Shown: positions 28,508 through 36,440 of the stretch, one piece after another
How positions within the stretch are numbered: position 1 is the stretch's first letter
Layout of the letters: each line of letters begins with the position of its first letter
Assembly: GCA_001792115.1 (NCBI GenBank)
Contig: MGFX01000001.1
Span: 122,694-186,693 of the forward strand
Direction of reading: 5' to 3'
Origin: Candidatus Woesebacteria bacterium RBG_16_42_24
Lineage (GTDB): Bacteria > Patescibacteriota > Microgenomatia > UBA8517
DNA: 64,000 nucleotides
Notes under the pieces: generated by a model
The model's input: only the letters and a program-made list of their open reading frames with translations
Databases searched by the model: none
What the model was told of the DNA's origin: nothing
Made by a program: the position numbers and the translations under genes

Positions 28508-28724
28508 TTAGAGTATGATAAGGGCAAAAATTAAAACTGCAAAAGCAAAGAGCAAATGCATCACAGCCAAAAACCTTAGCGGGCCCTCAAAACCAACTTC
28601 AAGAGTATCTGTCATTAACTGAACCTGGCGAACCACGACCAGGGCAAAGGCGATATAAAGCCCGAGAGCAATAATCACGGCGATTTTAACAATTGGCCAA
28701 ACTGATATACCAATAATAGGAATC
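28508..28724 (-). CDS. small two-TM membrane protein
   Basis: Likely ATG at 28724 (MIPIIGISVWPIV...); ORF-track N-terminus ([11 protein letters not shown]) is a TTG-start read-through of the heptamer repeat. Confidence 0.35.
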
Positions 28725-28732
28725 ATAGATAC

Positions 28733-28841
28733 AATTTCCAATTTCCAGTTTCCAGTTTCCAATTAGTTCGAAGATCTCGAAATTTGAATTTATTAATTTG
28801 ATAATTATTTGGTATTTGGAATTTGGTGATTGGAAATTTCA
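28733..28841. repeat. heptamer-iteron palindromic element (TTTCCAA/TTTCCAG x4 ... AATTTGATAATTATTTGG ... TTTGGAA/TTGGAAA)
   Basis: Inverted arms of phased 7-nt TTCCARN / NYTGGAA repeats around AATTATCAAA-like core; family also at 32729-33228, 34124-34210, 53249-53356, 54173-54265, and a TCAAA-type variant at 29612-29728. Confidence 0.7.
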
Positions 28842-29546
28842 TTAGCGCACTCTTCCTTCCAACTTTTCCTGCTCTTCTTCAATTCTTAAATCCTGAAGGA
28901 TCTTTGCCACCCTATCCGGATTGGGAACCGCCGCAAACTCGAAATTTGGAACCTCGCTGGCTGTTTGAATTTCGACGTCGCCATAATTAAAAAAGGTCCT
29001 GGCAACTCCTCCCATTTTGTAAGTTACGTCCTGGATTTTATCAATATTGGCATCCGATACTTCCTTATATATCAGATTGTAAAAGTCTATGTCTACTATT
29101 CTCTCGTCTGTGACGATATAGACATTAAAGTACCAGGAAAGGAAATTTTCCAAGATATAAGCCGTCGTTACCAAATACCAGCCGAGGATGGCTATGAATT
29201 GGAAATTGGAAGGCAAAAAGTCAAGAATTGGGAATGCTACCAAGAAGAGTGGGGCAAGGACTAAAACTAGGGTAATAGCTATCCAGCGCAGATTTGTGAT
29301 TGGGTGTTTCCGCAAGAAAAGGACTATTTTTTCTTGTCTTTCTCTTATTTCAAAATCGACGTTGTCGGGAAAATAGTCGTAAGAAGAAAGTGGATTGTGG
29401 GTATGTCCCGGGATGTGTTCTCGGGCGGCTGGTTTTTCAACCTTTTTTATGTCCTCTTCAATTTTCGTATGGTATTTTTCCGGCTCGGAGGCTGCTCTTG
29501 GGGCTTCTTTCACTCTATGTTTTTCGCCTACAAAAATATCGGACAT
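28842..29546 (-). CDS. membrane protein with bacterial PH (bPH_2 / YdbT-like) domain
   Basis: 234 aa; two TM helices followed by ...ERIVDIDFYNLIYKEVSDANIDKIQDVTYKMGGVARTFFNYGDVEIQTAS typical bPH_2. Confidence 0.5.
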   Translation of the reverse strand: MSDIFVGEKHRVKEAPRAASEPEKYHTKIEEDIKKVEKPAAREHIPGHTHNPLSSYDYFPDNVDFEIRERQEKIVLFLRKHPITNLRWIAITLVLVLAPLFLVAFPILDFLPSNFQFIAILGWYLVTTAYILENFLSWYFNVYIVTDERIVDIDFYNLIYKEVSDANIDKIQDVTYKMGGVARTFFNYGDVEIQTASEVPNFEFAAVPNPDRVAKILQDLRIEEEQEKLEGRVR

Positions 29547-29611
29547 TTTGCCCGATTATAACGCGCCCAGCGCGATATATCAAAATTCAGATTTTGCTAT
29601 AGCACGAAAAT

Positions 29612-29728
29612 AAAGTCAAAACTCAAAAGTCAAATGTCAAAGTTTAAACTTTAAAACTAAAAAGTTTGAGTCAACAACTTTTGAATTTTTAATTACAATT
29701 TTGAATTTTGAGTTCTAAATTTTAAGTT
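29612..29728. repeat. heptamer-iteron palindromic element, TCAAA-type variant
   Basis: GTCAAAA CTCAAAA GTCAAAT GTCAAAG ... TTAATTACAATTTTGA ATTTTGA GTTCTAA ATTTTAA. Confidence 0.6.
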
Positions 29729-29730
29729 GA

Positions 29731-31485
29731 TTACAGCTTCTCTATATTAAAAAGCGTGCTCTTGAGACCAATGTAGCCTGGGGCGCGAAGGTTAAAGGCG
29801 CGTTTTAACTCCTCGCCACTCACTGAAATACTTCCTTTATTGGTGCCGAAGGTAACCGATAGGGTGGAACCATTAGTTGAATAAATTACTGAAATTGAAG
29901 AAGCACTATTGTATCCTCCAATTCCCGCAAGTTCGCTTTTGGAGTAGGGGTTTCCGCCCCAACAAGCAGTATCTATGGGAGAAACCCTCGAAGCATCTCC
30001 CCCTCCTTGGTAGAGTACATGCCAAGCATTTAGAATGTCCGCCATCTCTTCCGAGGTTAGCCAAGGGTGGGAACGACCGCAGGTTGCACCTGACCTGGCT
30101 TTATACCAACCCTTATAAAACCAAGGCGAGGCCGAAACTTTCTCGTAAGCTGTACCCGGCCAATCGCCGGATGCGTCTTTTATTCCGCTCCAACCCCATT
30201 GGGAAATGGTAAATCCTCCGGAGGTTGAGGCATAGTAAGTCGTTGCAAAACTTCCCCCCCTCATCATCACCCAACCGCGAGTGGCTTGAACTGCTTCTCT
30301 CCACTTGCCGCTTTTTAACTGTGGCTTATACACCTGACAACTCTCGGTCGGACAAATTGTTCCCGACCCTCCATTTGTAACTGCCAAGGCATAAGAGCGT
30401 GCCGCGACTGCCTGGGCTTTCAAAGCCTCAAATCCGCCCGAGTTTCCCCAAGACTCTGGAACTTCGTAAATGCCTAAAAGGTAATTGTCTTCAAAGGGAA
30501 TGCTTCCATAACCCGAGACATTTATAGTTGCCGGTGAGGGATAATCTTTCCTAAGCTCTCCTCCTTGATAGTATGCAGAAAGAATCGTCTCCGCAGACTG
30601 CCCCGACTTACTCCTTCCATAGGCTCCGTACTGACTCATACCGGTTCTATGTGGAGCGCCAAATGAGAAAGCGGCGAATGCGGGTCGAAAGCCCGGGTCG
30701 CAGAAATTGGAAGAGCCGGGGGCACCGGAGCAGGGTTCTAAAGTTGCCGGCGTATCCCCAACAGAAGTTGAAAATCCTCCTGCCTTGAGTGCCAAGAGCT
30801 CATTTTGGCGTGAAGTTAGAGAGCTTAGATAGGATTCTGTTTTCGCGACTTCCCCTGCCAGAAAGTCCGCCTGTTTATCAACTTTTGCCTGGAGCGCGGA
30901 AAGGGCTGTTTTATTTTTTTCTAAAGATTCTTTGTCGGATTTCAGGTTTCCAAGATCCTGGGCATAAGCCTCCATTGTGCGTCTATCCTCGTCGGCCGCT
31001 TTTTGGCGAAAGTTAATCTCCCGAAATGCTTCCGATGCGTCAGTTGAGGAAAGAAAGGGCATAAGGGGATCATAAAGACGAATAAACTTATAATGATTTG
31101 CGGCTTTTTCCTCAAAAATTTCTTTTGTATACGCCAAGTCCTCTTCTCTTTGGGCGATATCCGACTCAACCCTGGTTAGTTGGGCGGAGACTCCTGTAAT
31201 TTGCTTGGAAATTGAGGCTAGCTGGGCTTTTAGCTTAGCCAGTTCCTGTTTATTTGTTTCTTGGGCCGGAGTTAGGGCGTCGAGCTGCTCCTGAATTTTT
31301 GCAAGGCAATAGTCAATGTCGCCAGGGCCGGGCGAGTCGCAGTTGGGCTCGGCGGAAATAGTGAATAGTGAATGGTAATTAGGGATTGGTCGGGGCAGGA
31401 TGGCCAATGCAAGAGAAATGCTTCCGAAAAATAAAATTATTAACTTTGTACTATGCACTATGCGCTTTGCTCTATACTTTCTCAC
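29731..31485 (-). CDS. secreted coiled-coil protein with C-terminal SpoIID/LytB domain (cell-wall amidase enhancer-like)
   Basis: 584 aa; signal peptide, ~200-aa coiled coil, then HRTGMSQYGA...AQAVAARSYALA SpoIID/LytB signature. Confidence 0.6.
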   Translation of the reverse strand: MRKYRAKRIVHSTKLIILFFGSISLALAILPRPIPNYHSLFTISAEPNCDSPGPGDIDYCLAKIQEQLDALTPAQETNKQELAKLKAQLASISKQITGVSAQLTRVESDIAQREEDLAYTKEIFEEKAANHYKFIRLYDPLMPFLSSTDASEAFREINFRQKAADEDRRTMEAYAQDLGNLKSDKESLEKNKTALSALQAKVDKQADFLAGEVAKTESYLSSLTSRQNELLALKAGGFSTSVGDTPATLEPCSGAPGSSNFCDPGFRPAFAAFSFGAPHRTGMSQYGAYGRSKSGQSAETILSAYYQGGELRKDYPSPATINVSGYGSIPFEDNYLLGIYEVPESWGNSGGFEALKAQAVAARSYALAVTNGGSGTICPTESCQVYKPQLKSGKWREAVQATRGWVMMRGGSFATTYYASTSGGFTISQWGWSGIKDASGDWPGTAYEKVSASPWFYKGWYKARSGATCGRSHPWLTSEEMADILNAWHVLYQGGGDASRVSPIDTACWGGNPYSKSELAGIGGYNSASSISVIYSTNGSTLSVTFGTNKGSISVSGEELKRAFNLRAPGYIGLKSTLFNIEKL

Positions 31486-31571
31486 CGCCTTTCATTATAC
31501 CAACTCCCATCCTCGCGTCGCCGCAAGGCGCGTTTTACTCCTCTTCATTTTTGTCCTAAAATGATTGTTAG

Positions 31572-32381
31572 ATGAAAAAATTATTTTTGATAAGCGCATT
31601 TCTTTTCCTCGTTTCTTTAGCTCTGCCAAGCAAAGTCTTTGCCGACTGCGCCTTGGCCGACTGGAACGAAAATACAAGGAATATGCAGGTTTGTGTCGGA
31701 GAATTCAGTTCCGTGGCCGAACTTAGAGATACCACTGTTGAGTTTCATTGCACGGGTAATTCAAACATACCATATGGCTCTTTCTGTCGAGACATTGTAA
31801 ACCCCACATTTTCCTTTGCTAGTACAACCGACCTCCCCGATAGCGAGATCAGGCAAGATCCAAACGGACTTTACTATGCCTGCATAACCGGGCAAGGACT
31901 CAATAGAGCCATCGGCTCATTAGATGTAATCTTTTGGAATGGCGGCTCTGAATACTGTCGAATAAATAATTTATATACCCGGCCACCCGACTGGAACCCT
32001 CTTACAGAAGGCGCTCCTTGGCAAAGGGGGACCAACAATCCTGCCCCAGTTCCAATTACGGTAGATATTGAGTTAATGTGTACGACGGGCGGGGATAGGG
32101 GAATTAATACCGCCATAGGCTGTATTCCGATTTATGATTCCACTGCCTTATTTGGTTTTATTCTTAAGTGGGCGATTGGAATCGGTGGGGGAATTGCATT
32201 CATCCTAATTCTTGTCGCCGGATTTCAAATAATAACCTCGCAAGGAGATCCGCAAAGACTCCAGGCCGGAAAAGAACTCTTAACGTCGGCCATTGTTGGG
32301 CTACTTCTTATAATTTTTTCGGTATTCATTCTGGAGGTAATAGGGGTGGACATATTGGGAATCCCGGGATTTAATCAATAA
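31572..32381 (+). CDS. secreted Cys-rich protein with C-terminal VirB2/TrbC-like pilin module
   Basis: 269 aa; signal peptide; C-terminal ~70 aa (AFILILVAGFQIITSQGDPQRLQAGKELLTSAIVGLLLIIFSVFILEVIG) matches the motif shared by the downstream small pilin-like genes. Confidence 0.5.
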   Translation: MKKLFLISAFLFLVSLALPSKVFADCALADWNENTRNMQVCVGEFSSVAELRDTTVEFHCTGNSNIPYGSFCRDIVNPTFSFASTTDLPDSEIRQDPNGLYYACITGQGLNRAIGSLDVIFWNGGSEYCRINNLYTRPPDWNPLTEGAPWQRGTNNPAPVPITVDIELMCTTGGDRGINTAIGCIPIYDSTALFGFILKWAIGIGGGIAFILILVAGFQIITSQGDPQRLQAGKELLTSAIVGLLLIIFSVFILEVIGVDILGIPGFNQ

Positions 32382-32382
32382 A

Positions 32383-32718
32383 ATGCAACTTGCGCAAATA
32401 GATTTCGGACAACTATATAGGGAGTTAAGGCAAGGAAATGCGGGTTTTGATTTTAATCAGAGCCTGACACTCGGACAAATTATTAGCTCTTTAATCCCGT
32501 ATATTTTTGTAATCGCGGGGCTACTTCTGCTTTTATATCTAGTTTTTGGCGGATTCGGACTTATGACTTCAAGAGGAGACCCAAAAGCAGTTGCCGCAGC
32601 CAAGGAAAAAATCACTTTTGCCGTTGCGGGGTTCGTCATCATTTTTGTATCATATTGGATAGTTCAGATTGTAGGGCAAATTTTGGGAATTCAGGATATC
32701 CTGGATATATTTGGCTAA
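32383..32718 (+). CDS. T4SS pilin-like protein (VirB2/TrbC-type two-TM hairpin), paralog 1
   Basis: 111 aa; TM1-GGFGLMTSRGDPKAVAAAKEKITFA-TM2-YWIVQI; motif hydrophobic-GG..ITSGGD(K/P)..AK..IT.A..G-hydrophobic-W.IIQ shared by 8 genes. Confidence 0.55.
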   Translation: MQLAQIDFGQLYRELRQGNAGFDFNQSLTLGQIISSLIPYIFVIAGLLLLLYLVFGGFGLMTSRGDPKAVAAAKEKITFAVAGFVIIFVSYWIVQIVGQILGIQDILDIFG

Positions 32719-32728
32719 AGCCTTAATA

Positions 32729-33228
32729 CAATTTCCAGTTTCCAGATTCCAATTTCCAGTTAATTTCTAATTATCAAAATTTCGAAATTAATAATTTTTC
32801 CTTTCTAAAGTAAGTATTGAAGTTGTCAAAATCTTTATAATTTCCCCACCCTCATTTATTAGCGTCTTACACTTTATAACAACTTCCTCATAAGAGGGAT
32901 TGGCCTCCAGGATTAATCGAAGCCAATAGATAGATTCTCTGGTCTCTTTCCTGCAGACCCTTAATCTATGAACAAAGTCTTTTCTTCCAAGTGCTTCGAG
33001 CGCTTCAATATAATTTGACCCGGGTGAAGCGGAAGATCGTATAAGCTGTTTTCCATATTCTCTGTTGTATTCGGATTTTGGAAGTTCGAATATTATTTTT
33101 TGACAATTTTGTGCAAAAACTACGAGTCTTTCATAAAAGGCTTCTGAATCGAATTTGGTTGCCATGGGGCGAATTCTATCATTTTATTTGGAAACTGGAA
33201 ATTGGAGATTGGAAATTATCAATTATAG
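32729..33228. mobile_element. split heptamer-iteron palindrome enclosing a four-helix-bundle gene
   Basis: Left arm CAATTTCCAGTTTCCAGATTCCAATTTCCAG..AATTATCAAAAT (32729-32800); right arm TTTGGAAACTGGAAATTGGAGATTGGAAATTATCAATTAT (33183-33228); the 4HB gene lies between the arms. Confidence 0.5.
32788..33165 (-). CDS. four-helix-bundle protein (TIGR02436 family)
   Basis: 125 aa; family-typical ...Y.RL..FAQNC..II.ELPKSEY..GKQLIRSSAS.GSNYIEA.... Confidence 0.7.
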   Translation of the reverse strand: MATKFDSEAFYERLVVFAQNCQKIIFELPKSEYNREYGKQLIRSSASPGSNYIEALEALGRKDFVHRLRVCRKETRESIYWLRLILEANPSYEEVVIKCKTLINEGGEIIKILTTSILTLERKNY

Positions 33229-33285
33229 TCTTGCATGGACACCATTTGCGGCGCTATGCTAAACTACACAAGCTAAAATAAAACG

Positions 33286-34032
33286 ATGGCTAATAAGCTT
33301 CACATTAAAGCACCCCAACACGTTGCAATTATCATGGACGGCAACCGTCGCTGGGCGGCCAAGCGTGGCTTAGGGGCGGTCGATGGTCATAGGGTTGCGG
33401 CAGAAAAAACCATTGAGCCAATTGTCGAGCGGGCAATTACCCTGGGCATTAAATATTTAACCTTTTGGGCTTTCTCATCTGAAAATAGAGATAGGGACAA
33501 GGTTGAGCTCTCCGGACTTTTTAAAATTTTTAGGGAAGCACTAAAAACCCAAGTCAGAAGACTTTCGAAAAAGGGTGTAAGGATAAGAATGATAGGAGAC
33601 GTGAGCTGGTTCCCACTCGACATCGTCAAAAGGGTAAGGGAGATGGTTACACTCACAAAAGATAATGACACAATAACGGTTTCCTTTGCCCTTAATTACG
33701 GCGGCCGCAACGAAATCCTAAGAGCCGTTAAAAAACTCATAAAAGAAGTTGAAGTTGGAAGAGTTTCGATAGAGCGCGTGGACGAAGCGGAATTTTCAAG
33801 ACACCTTGATACGATTGGTATTCCTGACCCCGATTTGATTATTCGAACCGGCGGGGAAATGAGACTTTCGGGATACCTACCTTGGCAGGCGGTTTATGCA
33901 GAACTTTACTTTACTGAAGTTCTTTTTCCTGATTTTTCTCCAAAAGAATTTGATAAGGCTTTAGAAGATTTTAGTAAGAGGGACCGGCGCTTCGGGAAGG
34001 GGAGTTTCAAAGACTATATAAAGACTATATGA
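33286..34032 (+). CDS. uppS: undecaprenyl-diphosphate synthase (cis-prenyltransferase)
   Basis: 248 aa; HVAIIMDGNRRWA, LTFWAFSSENRDR, IRTGGEMRLSGYLPWQ signatures. Confidence 0.9.
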   Translation: MANKLHIKAPQHVAIIMDGNRRWAAKRGLGAVDGHRVAAEKTIEPIVERAITLGIKYLTFWAFSSENRDRDKVELSGLFKIFREALKTQVRRLSKKGVRIRMIGDVSWFPLDIVKRVREMVTLTKDNDTITVSFALNYGGRNEILRAVKKLIKEVEVGRVSIERVDEAEFSRHLDTIGIPDPDLIIRTGGEMRLSGYLPWQAVYAELYFTEVLFPDFSPKEFDKALEDFSKRDRRFGKGSFKDYIKTI

Positions 34033-34123
34033 AGAAGACTTCGTCTTCACGAAATTCCAAATTCCCTGCCTCGCCGGCAGGCGGGCAATTACCCCGCCTA
34101 CGCCAAGGCTTCGGCGGGCAGGC

Positions 34124-34210
34124 AATCTCCAATTAAATTCCAAAATCCTAATTATTAATTTGATAATTCTAGATTATCTGGAAACTGGAATCTGGAAATT
34201 GGAAATTAGT
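34124..34210. repeat. heptamer-iteron palindromic element upstream of pilin gene
   Basis: TCTCCAATTAAATTCCAAAATCCTAATTATTAATTTGATAATTCTAGATTATCTGGAAACTGGAATCTGGAAATTGGAAATT. Confidence 0.65.
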
Positions 34211-34233
34211 ATATGTTTTGTTACACTTAAGTC

Positions 34234-34548
34234 GTGAGAGAGATTGCCCTGAATATCGGAACCTATTTTAATTCTCCCATCGGTAAAACCGTGGGTGCAG
34301 GGCAACTAGTTTCAATAATCCTTTCAAACGCATTACTTTTTGCCGGAGTTCTTATGGTCTTCTTCTTAGTTGTCGGGGGAATTGGGGTAATATCGGGTGC
34401 GGGAGAAGACAATCCCGAGAAAGCCGCTAAAGGAAAACAGGCCGTAACTTTTGCCCTCATAGGTTTTCTGGTAATTTTTGCATCTTATTGGATAATTCAG
34501 ATAATAGAGCAGATTACGGGAGTCAACATTTTTAACCCGGGATTTTAG
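34234..34548 (+). CDS. T4SS pilin-like protein, paralog 2
   Basis: 104 aa; LVVGGIGVISGAGEDNPEKAAKGKQAVTFALIGFLVIFASYWIIQIIEQI. Confidence 0.55.
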   Translation: MREIALNIGTYFNSPIGKTVGAGQLVSIILSNALLFAGVLMVFFLVVGGIGVISGAGEDNPEKAAKGKQAVTFALIGFLVIFASYWIIQIIEQITGVNIFNPGF

Positions 34549-34591
34549 GAAGTCTTTATTTAGTATCTGTTTTGGTATTTAATAATATTAG

Positions 34592-34939
34592 ATGCAAGAA
34601 GTAGCACAAGTTTTCGGAAACGTTAATGCGCCCCCTGGAGTTAGCCAATATGGAAACCTGACCGAGGGGGGGCCGACTTATTTCATAACCAATATTTTAA
34701 GGTTTCTAATTGTCATTGCGGGAGTATATGCGCTAATTAACATGGTTCTTGCAGGTTATGCTTTTTTGTCAGCGGGAGATGACCCGAAAAAGGTGGCTGG
34801 GGCTTGGGCCAAGATTTGGCAATCTATTTTGGGGGTTGTAATTTCGGCCGGGGCATTTGTTCTGGCTGCTCTTTTTGGAAGACTTTTGTTTGGGGATTAC
34901 TCGGCCTTCTTAAGGCTTAGAATTTTCGGTCCCAATTAA
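34592..34939 (+). CDS. T4SS pilin-like protein, paralog 3
   Basis: 115 aa; MVLAGYAFLSAGDDPKKVAGAWAKIWQSILGVVISAGAFVL. Confidence 0.5.
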   Translation: MQEVAQVFGNVNAPPGVSQYGNLTEGGPTYFITNILRFLIVIAGVYALINMVLAGYAFLSAGDDPKKVAGAWAKIWQSILGVVISAGAFVLAALFGRLLFGDYSAFLRLRIFGPN

Positions 34940-34940
34940 T

Positions 34941-35330
34941 ATGGAAAACTTTATCGCTCAAAGAGAAATACCAATAAACGGTACTATCGAAGGGTTTGGC
35001 CCACTGGGGTTGGAGGGTAGAAATCCCCAAGAGTCAACGAACATATTTAATTTCTTCCTCTCAAGCACGATTGGGCTACTGACTATTATTGCTGCTATTT
35101 GGTTTCTTTTTGTGCTTATCACGGGGGCAATTAGTATTATCTCTTCCGGAGGCGACAAGGCTAAAGTAGCAGAAGCCAGGGGGAGAATTACAACGGGGCT
35201 TATCGGGTTAATAGTAGTTATTGCCGGAATATTTATCTTAGAGCTTATCGGAACTTTAATCGGGTTTGATCTTATCTTAAATCCGGGGGAGTTTATTCAA
35301 AGAATCCCGCCCTGGATTGTTGGTCCATAA
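34941..35330 (+). CDS. T4SS pilin-like protein, paralog 4
   Basis: 129 aa; LITGAISIISSGGDKAKVAEARGRITTGLIGLIVVIAGIFILELIG. Confidence 0.55.
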   Translation: MENFIAQREIPINGTIEGFGPLGLEGRNPQESTNIFNFFLSSTIGLLTIIAAIWFLFVLITGAISIISSGGDKAKVAEARGRITTGLIGLIVVIAGIFILELIGTLIGFDLILNPGEFIQRIPPWIVGP

Positions 35331-35679
35331 AATGCTAGCCCAAGTTCCAGCTCCAAATAAGATAACTAACCCCGCCTTAGGGAATAATCTCCAAAACCTA
35401 ACGGGCGCTGAATTTTTTGAAAAATTTGTTCCCATGTTAATTAGTCTTGTACTTATCATCGGGGTTGTCATCTTTACTTTTGTTCTAGTCTTGGGGGCGA
35501 TAAGTTGGATTTCCTCCGGGGGAGACAAGGCTCAAGTCGAAAGCGCAAGGGGGAAAGTTACTACGGCTATTATCGGGCTAGTTCTTCTCTTTTCAGCCTG
35601 GGCAATTATTAATCTAATTGAGCTATTTTTCGGGATAAACATTTTAACACTTGACATTCTTAACTTAGCAATTCAATAA
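35317..35679 (+). CDS. T4SS pilin-like protein, paralog 5
   Basis: 120 aa; LVLGAISWISSGGDKAQVESARGKVTTAIIGLVLLFSAWAIINLIE. Confidence 0.55.
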   Translation: MLVHKMLAQVPAPNKITNPALGNNLQNLTGAEFFEKFVPMLISLVLIIGVVIFTFVLVLGAISWISSGGDKAQVESARGKVTTAIIGLVLLFSAWAIINLIELFFGINILTLDILNLAIQ

Positions 35680-35694
35680 TTAAGGAGTAGAGAT

Positions 35695-36021
35695 ATGTTA
35701 GCCCAAGTCAATCTATCACCTCAAGGCCAGTGGACCAATCTGGGTGGCCTTACAATCCCAGGAATCATAGCTGGTTTTATTACTGCTGTATTAATTATTG
35801 CCGCAGTTGTTTTCTTCTTCATTCTCGTAATTGGAGGGATAAGATGGATTACTTCTGGTGGAGATAAGGCCAATACGGAGGCTGCCAGGGGTCAAATTAC
35901 CGCCGCCCTGGTTGGGTTAGTAATTGTCTTTGCCGCCTGGGCAATAATTCAGCTACTTCAGACATTCTTTGGCATGAATATTCTCCAAAATCTTACTATA
36001 CCTACTGCAAACACTCCGTAA
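35695..36021 (+). CDS. T4SS pilin-like protein, paralog 6
   Basis: 108 aa; LVIGGIRWITSGGDKANTEAARGQITAALVGLVIVFAAWAIIQLLQ. Confidence 0.55.
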   Translation: MLAQVNLSPQGQWTNLGGLTIPGIIAGFITAVLIIAAVVFFFILVIGGIRWITSGGDKANTEAARGQITAALVGLVIVFAAWAIIQLLQTFFGMNILQNLTIPTANTP

Positions 36022-36033
36022 GACTTATCTAAG

Positions 36034-36061
36034 GCAGCGCCCGAAAGGGCGCTTTTTTGTT
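36034..36061 (+). terminator. rho-independent terminator
   Basis: GCAGCGCCCGAAAGGGCGCTTTTTTGTT: GC-rich hairpin followed by T-run, directly after pilin paralog 6. Confidence 0.7.
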
Positions 36062-36113
36062 GGCAAAGGGCAAAATTGCTTTTTTTGTATCTACGCCCTA
36101 AACTTTTAGTGAT

Positions 36114-36434
36114 ATGTTGCCGCCGCCATGGTCGGATCCAACCGGGAATACCCCCGCAACTTTTAGTGACATCGAGGTCGCCTTTGCCAGGATCGTATTG
36201 GTAATTTTGGGACTTGCCGCAATTGTTCTTTTCATCATGCTTCTTGTCGGAGGATTTAAATTTATTACGGCCGGGGGTGACCCCAAAGCCGTGGAGTCGG
36301 CTAAAAAAACTTTGACTTACGCAATTGCCGGAATGGTTTTGGTTGCCTCGGCCTATCTAATCCTTCGCTTCATTGGTGTATTTACCGGCATTGACGTGGT
36401 TAACTTTAGAGTATTTCAACCCCTTCAACCCTAA
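36114..36434 (+). CDS. T4SS pilin-like protein, paralog 7
   Basis: 106 aa; LLVGGFKFITAGGDPKAVESAKKTLTYAIAGMVLVASAYLILRFIG. Confidence 0.55.
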   Translation: MLPPPWSDPTGNTPATFSDIEVAFARIVLVILGLAAIVLFIMLLVGGFKFITAGGDPKAVESAKKTLTYAIAGMVLVASAYLILRFIGVFTGIDVVNFRVFQPLQP

Positions 36435-36440
36435 TGATAT

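Noticed and set aside
31572-36434. Type IV pilus (PilA-type) prepilins
   Set aside because: There is no N-terminal G|F(T/E)LIE prepilin peptidase motif. The conserved motif is an internal GGD loop between two TM helices, which fits VirB2/TrbC-type conjugative pilins better. This is a provisional rejection pending HMM search.
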